Source: Candidatus Binataceae bacterium | Lineage (GTDB): Bacteria; Desulfobacterota; Binatia; Binatales; Binataceae | Assembly: GCA_036489375.1 (NCBI GenBank) | Contig: DASXFX010000054.1 | Coordinates: 210-64,209 of the forward strand | Direction of reading: 5' to 3' | Length of the DNA: 64,000 bases | Part shown: in pieces, positions 9,501 to 17,120 of the stretch | Numbering within the stretch: position 1 is the stretch's first letter | How the letters are laid out: every line of letters starts with the position of its first letter | Translations under genes and position numbers: made by a program | The notes under the pieces: generated by a model | Database searches by the model: none | The model's input: only the letters and a program-made list of their open reading frames with translations | What the model was told of the DNA's origin: nothing

Positions 9501-10254
9501 TGGCGACAGCGACATAAACAAAAGGACTAATCCAGAACCAATTTCCCAGCGCGGACATACGCGCGGTGGTCACGTCGAGTCGCTGAGCAAGCGAGCGCAG
9601 CCCAAACCTGGTCAGTTGCGAAAGTAGAAAGAGCGCCAGGAGACTGACGGATAGTAATAGTTGGACGGTGACCCAGTTGCGCAGAAATACTGTGATCGCG
9701 AGGAGTAGATCGCCGCTACCGTTGGGCGCGAGATAGCGACCGTTCTCGCGCAGCCATTGGAACACCTCGGTCTTCCAGCGGTCGACTGGATTAGGGAAAT
9801 CACGTTGAACGTTATGGTCGGGCGAGAGGATCTTTTCTATTTCTGTAAGTTTGTTGGGTTCGACTCCAGCGTTACGCCGATTTTCAGTTTCAACGGTGCT
9901 TTCGATGTCGGGCCGCGAAAACATGCGACCGTAGAAGGCGGCGAAGAATCCTCCGCCGGAAACGCTCGAAATATAGTCGATCTTGCGCAGCAGGCCGGGA
10001 CTTCTTGCCAGTGCCTGAAAGACGCCGAGGCAAAAGGTTGCACTGCGAATGCCTCCGCCGGACAGACCGAAACCGACGCTGGGAATGGATAAGCGCTGAT
10101 CAGCGTGCTCTTCGGAGTGCTGGTCGGCAGGCGCCTTTGAGTGCTGGTCGCGGATGCGCCAAAGCTCGCGTTCTCGCAGTACCAGATCGGTGGGATAGGC
10201 GATCCGTGCGGTGAGGGTGCGTGCATCCAGATCATCGCGCTCGGTAGTTGGCAA
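6529..10254 (-). CDS. giant membrane-embedded patatin/cPLA2-like phospholipase with internal repeat regions
   Basis: 1241 aa. GFGLSGGGIR (GGGxR, res 66-70) and YISSVSGGG (Ser99 elbow) lie at the N-terminus. YLSDGGHFEDLG (Asp1042) lies about 940 residues later. Hydrophobic helices span about res 183-545 and 711-728. Confidence 0.75.
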   Translation of the reverse strand: MPTTERDDLDARTLTARIAYPTDLVLRERELWRIRDQHSKAPADQHSEEHADQRLSIPSVGFGLSGGGIRSATFCLGVFQALARSPGLLRKIDYISSVSGGGFFAAFYGRMFSRPDIESTVETENRRNAGVEPNKLTEIEKILSPDHNVQRDFPNPVDRWKTEVFQWLRENGRYLAPNGSGDLLLAITVFLRNWVTVQLLLSVSLLALFLLSQLTRFGLRSLAQRLDVTTARMSALGNWFWISPFVYVAVAMGLFLVLPLAWGYWTFALPDPGTVNTGTVTTPAPGTKTRGPTRISIILEWISTNWLRLNVGFRTMWQGLLSLLALALLLLAAGIVAYRVFSPPVGILRVGSIVIVEITFLCWQIALLRSQPTPGFWHYLFFSLTALCSIGLGYAAGGYGRETLSLPIFIFLAFLLLPTCTLMVSEDAKQLIDQSEMARTKISKWLELIFIATLAVFAFAILDSVGQSLFALKFTNRFRPAHWLIAIIGGIAGVVPFANSIKGFFTFKKGLGPSLPLSLLAAVGAFLIYLPFLVSLDGFSHAIAYNFAAPSDAPPRLTASYAKPQVATSAKPQVTASGNSKTSPPAGASITKYDSPSNPLPGSTNAPSTGPNATPGPLIEHSSPPNAPLGAPNALSARPNATLGPSNARPSPSNVRAAASNAPPSPSNLCSVASNACPSPSNVCVGPSNACACPQSGTPAASVHANLRSCRLVLGFLILAVLYSIVTGSFNSKMAWVFVNRTSLHPLYCARLIRAYLGASNKDRHLAGDDSSAGVSDPIDGDDIAQEEYWRPSKDRFWKAGAPLHLVNVTINETIDGRSQIEQRDRKGVGMAIGPAAFSVGVQHHIVFMSKRSQPSTPDQPPIARQALIDDQAPLADHAPIDGQPSTPDQPPIANQTPPPDPAQTLDPAQTPEFAVFPQDPDAFRVFNMRKAFRFLGRKKKEADSFKGQQLSLGNWTAISGAAVSTGLGSRNSLGASLLTGFFNVRLGYWWDSGTRSLASGHKLTQWVGWFFAWLLPVQSSFLDEFLGRFHGTARQYWYLSDGGHFEDLGGYELIRRRLPVIVLIDAAADPDYDFEELANLIRKARLDFNAEINFVDPDTSKHAFDRAMAEVAKHFQPIEKKFFGTLDQLRRGKWAAEPVPSGPTRNAFFKSSIPTRLSVRHAALAKVTYLDDPDAISYLILLKPTLIGEEPQDLTNYHSANPAFPQQSTAEQFFDEAQWESYRRLGQHIAEKIFHVSNPS
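7519..7692 (-). repeat. Pro-rich direct repeats inside the patatin-like CDS: a roughly 90-bp period unit encoding PSTPDQPPIA, plus a DPAQT mini-repeat
   Basis: ctatcggaggctggtcgggtgtcgaaggctgg recurs about 91 nt later as ctatgggaggctggtcgggtgtcgaaggctgg. gtctgagccgggtct is duplicated at about 7521-7553. Confidence 0.7.
8170..8472 (-). repeat. about 14 degenerate 21-bp (7-aa) tandem repeats inside the patatin-like CDS, protein consensus x-P/S-S/P-N-A-x-x
   Basis: The plus strand shows recurring gcgtttga/gcatttga/acatttga units every 21 nt. The protein reads SPSNPLP GSTNAPS TGPNATP ... SPSNVRA AASNAPP SPSNLCS VASNACP SPSNVCV GPSNACA. Confidence 0.8.
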
Positions 10255-10375
10255 GGGAATCTCCTCGACTGAACCAGGCTACGTTCGCTCCGTGCCCTTG
10301 TTGATCGGAAGTTCCGGGACTCGTTCAGGTTACATGCCGCGATCGCCGCTCCAATTGAAAATCGTCATCGTTCTG

Positions 10376-11539
10376 TCAGCGACGCGTGCGATAGAAGAGG
10401 CGGATATCCTTGACCAACTGGTCGGGTTCTTCGCTTGGAGCAAAATGACCGCCCGCCGACATCGGCGTCCAATGCTGAAGGTTGTAGTAGCGTTCGGCCC
10501 ATTTGCGCGGCGGGATGAGCAACTCGCGGGGGAAGACCCCGATGCCGGTGGGCGCTTCGACGACCGGGGTCCTATCGTGCACAGGAACCCAGGGATGCTG
10601 CCGGGCCTCGTAGTAATAACGGACCGAGGTCACGAAGCATTCGGTCACCCAGTATAGCATGATGTGGGTGAGTAATTCATCCTTTTTGTAGCGTCGCTCG
10701 ATATCGCCGCCGCAATCGCTCCAGGCGCGACGACGCTCGAGGATCCAGGCCAGCAGGGCGACGGGAGAATCGTGCATGCCATAAGCGAGCGTCTGCGGAT
10801 CGCGGGTCTGCACCGCGACGTGGCTGATGATGCCGGGCCGCGCTTCGCGGGTGCGCGCCAAAGCCGCCTGTTCGTCGGGGCCGTAGTCGCTCTCCTTGAG
10901 GCCGCCGCCGCTGAAGAAATCCATCGGGATGGACAAGGTCAGATAAATGCCGATCAGATGCTGCGGATACTTGTGACCCAGTTGCTGGGTGACGAAGGCG
11001 CCCCAATCGCCGCCCTCGGCCGCGAATTTGGAGTAGCCGAGAACATCGCGCATCAAGGTGACCCACAGGTCGGCGGTGCGCCACCAGTTGATGCCGGGCT
11101 TAGTGAGCGGAGTCGAGAAGCAAAATCCGGGCAGCGAGGGCACGACCACGTCGAAGGCGTCGGCCGGATCGCCGCCGAAAGCAGCGGGGTCGGCGAGAGG
11201 CCTGATCACCTTCTGTAAGTCCCAAAAGGTCCAGGGCCAGCCGTGCGAGAGAATCAGCGGGATGGGCTTGGGCCCCTTACCCGGTTCGTGGATGAAATGG
11301 ATCGGGATTCCGTCGATGGTCGTGCGGTAGTGCGAAAAGCGGTTGATCTCGGCCTCATGCCGACGCCAGTCGTAGTGATCGCGCCAATAGGCGACCATTT
11401 CTTCAAGGTAGGCGCGGTTGGTGCCATAGGCCCAGTTTTCGTTGGCGAAATCGATTGGATAACGCACTCGCGAAAGTCGTTCGCGAAGGTCGGTCAGCAC
11501 GGCGTCGGGAACCGCTATCTTGAAGGCTTCCTTGTTCAT
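10376..11539 (-). CDS. epoxide hydrolase (microsomal-type, with N-terminal EHN domain)
   Basis: 387 aa, with FKIAVPDAVLTDLRERLSRVRYP, HGWPWTFWD (HGWP oxyanion motif) and an alpha/beta-hydrolase core. Confidence 0.85.
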   Translation of the reverse strand: MNKEAFKIAVPDAVLTDLRERLSRVRYPIDFANENWAYGTNRAYLEEMVAYWRDHYDWRRHEAEINRFSHYRTTIDGIPIHFIHEPGKGPKPIPLILSHGWPWTFWDLQKVIRPLADPAAFGGDPADAFDVVVPSLPGFCFSTPLTKPGINWWRTADLWVTLMRDVLGYSKFAAEGGDWGAFVTQQLGHKYPQHLIGIYLTLSIPMDFFSGGGLKESDYGPDEQAALARTREARPGIISHVAVQTRDPQTLAYGMHDSPVALLAWILERRRAWSDCGGDIERRYKKDELLTHIMLYWVTECFVTSVRYYYEARQHPWVPVHDRTPVVEAPTGIGVFPRELLIPPRKWAERYYNLQHWTPMSAGGHFAPSEEPDQLVKDIRLFYRTRR

Positions 11540-11664
11540 GGTTCACTCCTATGCCAGCGATTGTCGGCGATCTGCGTCGACAACAACGCCGGTCGATCAA
11601 AGTAGTGTAGTAGCCTGCGGAGTTGCATCGTTTGTTCTTTCACTCTCAAGTCGAGCAGCGCCCG

Positions 11665-12300
11665 CTATCTGATGGTGAAAGAGATACTTAGTTCCGCGCT
11701 ATCCGCGGTGCGGTGATTCCCGATTTCAAAACGATAGTGCGCGAGTGTTGTAGCGTGAGACGGACGCGCGCCGGCGTAAACCTCGTAGGCCTTGGAGAAG
11801 CGCTCGGACAGCTTGGGTGAACGATAGCCGGGACCGACGATCAGCGGTTGCGAAGTGCGAGCGCGATGTGCGATTTCGTTCGCGAGCGTACGCAACTCCT
11901 CGGGGACGTCTTCCGGCAGGGACGCGAGGACGAAGCTCTTGCCGATATCGCTCGCGAAGATTCCGTCGCGCGGGCTGGCGATGAACGATCTTTTGAGCAT
12001 CAGCTCGATGCGCTGAATCAAGACGCTACCGTTGACGGTCACGATGACTATCGCAAGATCGTGGAATTTCTCGCCGGTCGGTTGATAAACGATTTTCTGA
12101 TCGGAGTTCGGGCCAGGTTCGCGGCGCGTTTCAGCAAGGTGGAACCAGCGGAAGAATCCGTTCCGCTCCGCTTCGGCCAAAGGATGATTGAGAAAGTCGC
12201 CGATCGGCCCGGCGGGGGCGGCGGTGCGCGGGCCGATCCCGATCAACGCACGGGCGGCCGCGGTGAGAGCGGACGCCCGTGCGAATATCCTGGAGGCCAT
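11665..12300 (-). CDS. hypothetical protein
   Basis: This 211-aa ORF fits the operon, lying between the ADH and epoxide hydrolase genes on the same strand. I recognise no motif. Confidence 0.45.
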   Translation of the reverse strand: MASRIFARASALTAAARALIGIGPRTAAPAGPIGDFLNHPLAEAERNGFFRWFHLAETRREPGPNSDQKIVYQPTGEKFHDLAIVIVTVNGSVLIQRIELMLKRSFIASPRDGIFASDIGKSFVLASLPEDVPEELRTLANEIAHRARTSQPLIVGPGYRSPKLSERFSKAYEVYAGARPSHATTLAHYRFEIGNHRTADSAELSISFTIR

Positions 12301-12311
12301 GCGGCGAGCCT

Positions 12312-13397
12312 TCAGCTGAAGGTCAAAACGGTGCGCGTGACCTCGCCAGCTTCCATCGCGCGAAAAGCTTCGTTGACGTCCTGGAGGCGGCCGCGCTGGC
12401 TAATCATGTCGTCAAGATTGAGGCGGCCCTGCCGATACAGATCGAGATACTTGGGCATGTCGAGATGGAAGCGATTCGATCCCATGTAACAGCCCTGGAT
12501 CCGTTTCTCGACGAAGAGGTGTCCGGATTTGAATTCGACCTTCTGATCCGGGGGGATGGCGCCGACCAGCGTCGCAAGACCGCGCGGCGCGAGGCAATAG
12601 ATACATTGCTCGAGGACTTTCGGGTTACCGATCGCGTCGAAAGAGTATTCGACGCCGCCACCGCTGAGCCGTTTGATCTCGCGGACGGCGTCGGTGGTTG
12701 CGCCGTTGATAGCGTCGGTGGCGCCGAAGTGTTTGGCGATCTCGAGCTTGTTATCGCGAATGTCCACGGCGATGATCTGGCGCGCGCCGGCGATCCGCGC
12801 GCCCTGGATTACCGAGATTCCGACGCCGCCCGCGCCGAAAACCGCGACCGTTGATCCGGGTGCGACCTGCGCAGTATTGAGGGCGGCACCGACGCCGGTA
12901 GTAACGGCGCAACCGAGCAGGGCGGCGCGGTCGAGCGGAATATCGTCGGCGATTTTCAGGACGGCGCGCTCGTGCAGGAGCATCTTCTCGGCAAACGCGC
13001 CGAGGTCGGCAAACTGGGTGAGACGCACGCCCTTTTGCGACAGTCGCGGAGGCTCGTCGCGGCGCCGCTGGCAGTCGGCGCGGCCGACACACAGATGAGG
13101 ACGCCCGAGGAGGCATTGCGTGCAGTTGCCGCAATAAATCGAGGTGCAGGCGATGACGTGATCGCCCGGCTTGAGGGCCGCGACCTCACTGCCGACCGCC
13201 TCAATGATGCCGGCGGGCTCATGGCCGAGAATCGCCGGGGTCTTGGTCGGCAAGGTACCGTGCAGAACATGCAAATCGCTGTGGCAAACGCCGCTGGCGA
13301 CCGTGCGGATGAGGACTTCGCGCGGGCCGGGCTGATCGATCTCGACGTCTTCGATTGTGAGCGGCTGTTCGAGGGCGCGAAAAATTGCGGCTTTCAT
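12312..13397 (-). CDS. zinc-dependent alcohol dehydrogenase (MDR superfamily)
   Basis: It has GVCHSDLH (catalytic Zn), the structural Zn cysteines CGNCTQC and the Rossmann motif VAVFGAGGVG. Confidence 0.9.
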   Translation of the reverse strand: MKAAIFRALEQPLTIEDVEIDQPGPREVLIRTVASGVCHSDLHVLHGTLPTKTPAILGHEPAGIIEAVGSEVAALKPGDHVIACTSIYCGNCTQCLLGRPHLCVGRADCQRRRDEPPRLSQKGVRLTQFADLGAFAEKMLLHERAVLKIADDIPLDRAALLGCAVTTGVGAALNTAQVAPGSTVAVFGAGGVGISVIQGARIAGARQIIAVDIRDNKLEIAKHFGATDAINGATTDAVREIKRLSGGGVEYSFDAIGNPKVLEQCIYCLAPRGLATLVGAIPPDQKVEFKSGHLFVEKRIQGCYMGSNRFHLDMPKYLDLYRQGRLNLDDMISQRGRLQDVNEAFRAMEAGEVTRTVLTFS

Positions 13398-13499
13398 AAT
13401 TAAACATCTCCGGAATGCGGGATGACTTCAAGTGCGAAGCGTTCCCGGGTGAAAGTTGGTTTTTGCCTAATTCAATGGAATATGGTGCAATTTGCTTCC

Positions 13500-14384
13500 A
13501 TGGACAAGCACATCAGCAAACATGCCGAAACCGAGCATCTGGCGAGCGACGTAATTCATTATCGCGAGTACAAGATCCTGCTGCAGCCGGATCGCTTTAC
13601 GAGCAAGAATGGCTTTCTCGAATTTTGGGGAGCAGCTTCCAAGACGCTGAAGAAGCTCGGCCTCAAAGTGGACGTCGATGCAAATGCGTTCGACAGCCAG
13701 GTCAGAGAGGTGCTGTTTTACGACACGCCGCAGTTCGACCTTTACAATCATCATTTCATCCTGCGCAAACGCACCTTTTACGATCAGGGCTGGCCTCGCC
13801 CGGAGCACGAACTGACCTTCAAATACCGCGACCCGGAGCTGAAGAACGCGGCGGCGGTGGAGGTGCGTCCGCAATTGGGGGGACACGACGAAGTAAAGTT
13901 CAAAGAGGAGTTGTTGCTCGAACGCGATCGGTTGGGCGGAATGCGCAGCGTGTATTCGCATGGGTGCGTGTTGACCTCGCCCAAGATCGAGCTTGACCGC
14001 GGCGTCGAGGACATTACGCGCGCGTTTCCAACGCTGAAGAAGATTGACATCAGACCCCGAACGAAGATGGCGCTGGTCAACAATGTGGCGGTCGAAGAAG
14101 TGCAAAATACGATGGGAGTGATCCACTTCGGGCATCACTTCAAGGGCAAGACGACTATCGCGATATGGCGGAGCCGGGCGCTGGAACGATCCTTATCGGG
14201 CGAGTTCGCGTTTCAATGCAAATTCGATCGGCTGGAAGAAGTGAACAAGGAATCGCTGGAGCTGTCGGAGGAGTTCTACAAGAAAGTGCAGCTCGACTGC
14301 GCGGAATGGATCAAGCTAGGCACTACCAAGACTGCGATGGTGTACGGGCTCGGCGCTGGTGAACATTTGAAGAACCGTGAATGA
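13500..14384 (+). CDS. hypothetical protein, possibly CYTH-like (triphosphate tunnel) fold
   Basis: Alternating charged beta-strand motifs are present: REYKILL, FILRKRT, ELTFKYR, KFKEELLLE, EFAFQCKF. I prefer the start at MDKHISK; the ORF is open from 13422. The fold call is tentative. Confidence 0.45.
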   Translation: MDKHISKHAETEHLASDVIHYREYKILLQPDRFTSKNGFLEFWGAASKTLKKLGLKVDVDANAFDSQVREVLFYDTPQFDLYNHHFILRKRTFYDQGWPRPEHELTFKYRDPELKNAAAVEVRPQLGGHDEVKFKEELLLERDRLGGMRSVYSHGCVLTSPKIELDRGVEDITRAFPTLKKIDIRPRTKMALVNNVAVEEVQNTMGVIHFGHHFKGKTTIAIWRSRALERSLSGEFAFQCKFDRLEEVNKESLELSEEFYKKVQLDCAEWIKLGTTKTAMVYGLGAGEHLKNRE

Positions 14385-14440
14385 GCCATAGTAGGTGGTA
14401 GGCTTGGCGCCGCCACAAACGTCGGTAGAGGAAAAAGATA

Positions 14441-14468
14441 GGGCGAGCTTCGCGAACGAAGCCCGCCC
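14441..14468 (-). terminator. intrinsic terminator-like hairpin downstream of the 14489..14971 gene
   Basis: gggcgagcttcg / cgaa / cgaagcccgccc forms a 12-bp stem with 1 mismatch and a 4-nt loop. On the minus strand it is followed by a T run (tatcttttt). It lies between convergent genes. Confidence 0.5.
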
Positions 14469-14488
14469 CTTAGAAAGCGTTCGGAGAA

Positions 14489-14971
14489 TTATTGCTGCAC
14501 GAACGGAACGTTGGCCAGATAGGCTGACGCGCTGGCTGCGTGGAGCTTGGACTCAAGGATCCATGCTTGCAGGGCGACGCCGCCGGGCAAGTTCTTTTTC
14601 AGCTTTTCGATATAGCTGCTCAGGTTCTCGTTGCGGTCATGCTGGAGCTTTAGTCCCCGCGTGAGCAACTCCCTGGACTTCGGGCCGGGAATTACCTTTC
14701 CATCGGCTTGGCCGTCCAGATAAGCATTAACCAGATCGCGATAACCATGCTGGATCTTAAACAGTCGTTCCTGATAAGGGACATAGTAGACCAGAAACTT
14801 GTTCTTCAAGACATCGTCGGCAAAATGCATGTTGGTAACGACGTCTTCCTGACGGTGATCTTCGCGCTCCTCGTGCATCGCGGTGGGCGTCGGCTGTGCA
14901 TGAACCACCGTGGCCCAGCCTGAGGTGATAAGGCTCATCGCCACAAAGACTTCAAATATAACTTTTTTCAA
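14489..14971 (-). CDS. secreted hypothetical protein
   Basis: 160 aa with a signal-peptide-like N-terminus MKKVIFEVFVAMSLITSGWATVVHAQ. I recognise no domain. Confidence 0.55.
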   Translation of the reverse strand: MKKVIFEVFVAMSLITSGWATVVHAQPTPTAMHEEREDHRQEDVVTNMHFADDVLKNKFLVYYVPYQERLFKIQHGYRDLVNAYLDGQADGKVIPGPKSRELLTRGLKLQHDRNENLSSYIEKLKKNLPGGVALQAWILESKLHAASASAYLANVPFVQQ

Positions 14972-15141
14972 CTTAGATCCGCTCCGCTTCCAAGATTTAA
15001 ACTCGCTGTTTCTAGCTCGCCGATGACTCCATTGTCAACGCGGTCTGCTACTTATGATTGGTGACGGCCCGTAAGTCTCGCCAACAAGAAAGACTAATGG
15101 CCGGCGAGGATAAGATACGAGTTGCAAGGCTCAGGATAACG

Positions 15142-15969
15142 TTAAGGCTGCGAAACAACATAAACCACTTGGCTGCCGCTATAGAAGGGCTTGTAATAGA
15201 TTCCATTGGACATGTAGTAGCTGTTGCCGTTGATGGAGGTCCAGGTCGCGCCGGGTGGCAATGCATAAACGGTCGTGCCGAGTGGCGGCGGTCCGTATCC
15301 ATAGGGACCGTTGTTCTGGATGATAGTGGTTGAGGGAGCCTGGGCCTGAGAATTGGCCGTCATCATCGAGCCGACCGCCATCCCGCCGACGGCACCCAGA
15401 GCCGCGGCGCCAAGAACCGCGCCCGTATCTGAACCGCCATCGTAGCAGCAACCACCGTAGGGATTGCCGCCATTCCAGTTGGTGTCCCCAACATTGTTAT
15501 TGACGGTGGTAAGGGTATCGTTGTGCATAACGGCTTCGGTATGTTCCTGATTCTCCTGTAGCGTATTCGCTTCGTTGTACCTCGACTGCTGCTCAGCCAT
15601 CTGATTGGAGTTGTAGGTCTGATAGCCAGAGCTGGCGTTCGGATGAGACCCGTTAGAAGATTGCGAGTTTCCGTAACTGCCGTTCGAATGATTCCAGGAA
15701 CTGTCTCCACCGGAGTGACCCCAGGAGGAGCCACCACCATAGGAGCCATGGCTAAAGTTGCCGCCACTGAAACCGTCGCCACCGAAACCGTGAAATCCTC
15801 CTCCTCCGCCCCCGCCACCGAAACTGCGCCCGCCACCGCCGAAACCACCGCCCCCGCCACCCCATCGAGCAAAGGCCTCGGGCGCGGCCGCGACTGAGAT
15901 CGCGATCGAGATCATCATCGCTACACGCACAAAATAGCGGCCCGATTGCCGACGACCTGTCGTAATCAT
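15142..15969 (-). CDS. glycine-rich, Asn/Ser-rich exported protein with glycine-zipper segment and aromatic C-terminal motif
   Basis: It has GGGGGFGGGGRSFGGGGGGGGFHGFGG, then GAVLGAAALGAVGGMAVGSMM, then YYMSNGIYYKPFYSGSQVVYVV. An ATGA start/stop overlap with the upstream gene lies at 15966-15969. Confidence 0.6.
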   Translation of the reverse strand: MITTGRRQSGRYFVRVAMMISIAISVAAAPEAFARWGGGGGGFGGGGRSFGGGGGGGGFHGFGGDGFSGGNFSHGSYGGGSSWGHSGGDSSWNHSNGSYGNSQSSNGSHPNASSGYQTYNSNQMAEQQSRYNEANTLQENQEHTEAVMHNDTLTTVNNNVGDTNWNGGNPYGGCCYDGGSDTGAVLGAAALGAVGGMAVGSMMTANSQAQAPSTTIIQNNGPYGYGPPPLGTTVYALPPGATWTSINGNSYYMSNGIYYKPFYSGSQVVYVVSQP

Positions 15970-16760
15970 GGTTTCGACTCCTTGACCTCGAGAAACTCGA
16001 TGTGCTTGGCATCCTTGGGCAAAACAGCGCGGAAACGGCTGGCCGGAATCTCTTGCGGGAATTTCCAGTTCGAGAGGAATGCGATGTACTCGGGCGATCC
16101 TGGCTCGCTTCTGTAATTGATCAGGACCTTGAGCGGAACGGGCTTTCCGGAGCGGCTAAGCCATAGTTGGATGTCCGTTTTGGGCGACGAGAATGCGATG
16201 TGATTGGTCTCGATACCGTTCACGTCGTTTATTCCGACAAAGCCGCCATAAGTAATCAACTTGTGAAACGGCTGGCAGGGGTCGCTCGCCGCGAGGTCAG
16301 CTAGAGGAAATGTGAGGTTGTGCTTCTGCTCGGCACGATCCAGCATCGCGTCGATCGAGGGCGGAACGGTCTCGCTGGCATAGACCAGGCTGAGCGGATC
16401 GAGAATCGTCACGGTGTCACCGCTATACCAAAATCGCTTAGCCCCAAGGTCGCTACGATAATCTACAACAACTTTATCTGGCCTTTGAACGGCGAACTCC
16501 ATCGCGCCGGCAAACTGAACCTTTACGTTGGCCGGAAGGACTTCTTCGAACATCACTTCTGCGTGAAAACTGAACGCGTGCGCTGAACCTAGCGCCTCGC
16601 AGAACTGGGTCAGGAGCTTATCGGCATGGGGTGCGACGCGGTTCTGCACGACGCTCGCTTTTGGCGGTGGCTTCGGCTGCTCTGCGAACGCAATACTCAA
16701 AATCGGAAACAGTACCGCCCCCAAAAGGGTGATATTGCCGATCAATACCCTGCTGCGCAT
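15966..16760 (-). CDS. periplasmic LolA-like protein (DUF2092-like)
   Basis: 264 aa with a signal peptide (LLGAVLFPILSIAFA). The pattern SFHAEV...QRPDKVVVDY...YSGDTVTILDP...FPLADLAASDP resembles DUF2092. The family call is from memory. Confidence 0.55.
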   Translation of the reverse strand: MRSRVLIGNITLLGAVLFPILSIAFAEQPKPPPKASVVQNRVAPHADKLLTQFCEALGSAHAFSFHAEVMFEEVLPANVKVQFAGAMEFAVQRPDKVVVDYRSDLGAKRFWYSGDTVTILDPLSLVYASETVPPSIDAMLDRAEQKHNLTFPLADLAASDPCQPFHKLITYGGFVGINDVNGIETNHIAFSSPKTDIQLWLSRSGKPVPLKVLINYRSEPGSPEYIAFLSNWKFPQEIPASRFRAVLPKDAKHIEFLEVKESKP

Positions 16761-16883
16761 ATTGTCCTCTAAGGTTGAGTTCCGAATCCGGTTACGAGTT
16801 TTACGAATGAATCCGGCTTTTGTCGCTTCCTATAAATCAACATCGCGTAAAAGCAAAATTTGACCGAGGGTTGGTATTGTTGC

Positions 16884-16928
16884 CGCGCGACAGGTCGCGC
16901 GTCATTGATTCGAAGCTGATTTCGAATC
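16884..16928. promoter_or_regulatory. two adjacent perfect palindromes in the divergent promoter region between the DUF2092 operon and the cox operon
   Basis: cgcgcgac-ag-gtcgcgcg lies at 16884-16901 and gattcgaa-gctgat-ttcgaatc at 16907-16928. GAATCCGG also occurs at 16784, 16809 and 16924. Confidence 0.3.
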
Positions 16929-17120
16929 CGGATATGCAACGACGCTGAGTTTAAATCATTATTTAGCAACAGTGCGCAAGAGCGATCATATGGTATCGGG
17001 CCGAGCGGCGAGCTATACCGATAGCGGTTGGATGAAGCGTCGCTACAGGTTTGCGATTAAAGTTTCTGCGGCGATTTGGTCGGTTGGCAGCCATCCGTAG
17101 GGACATAGAGTGATTAGCCA

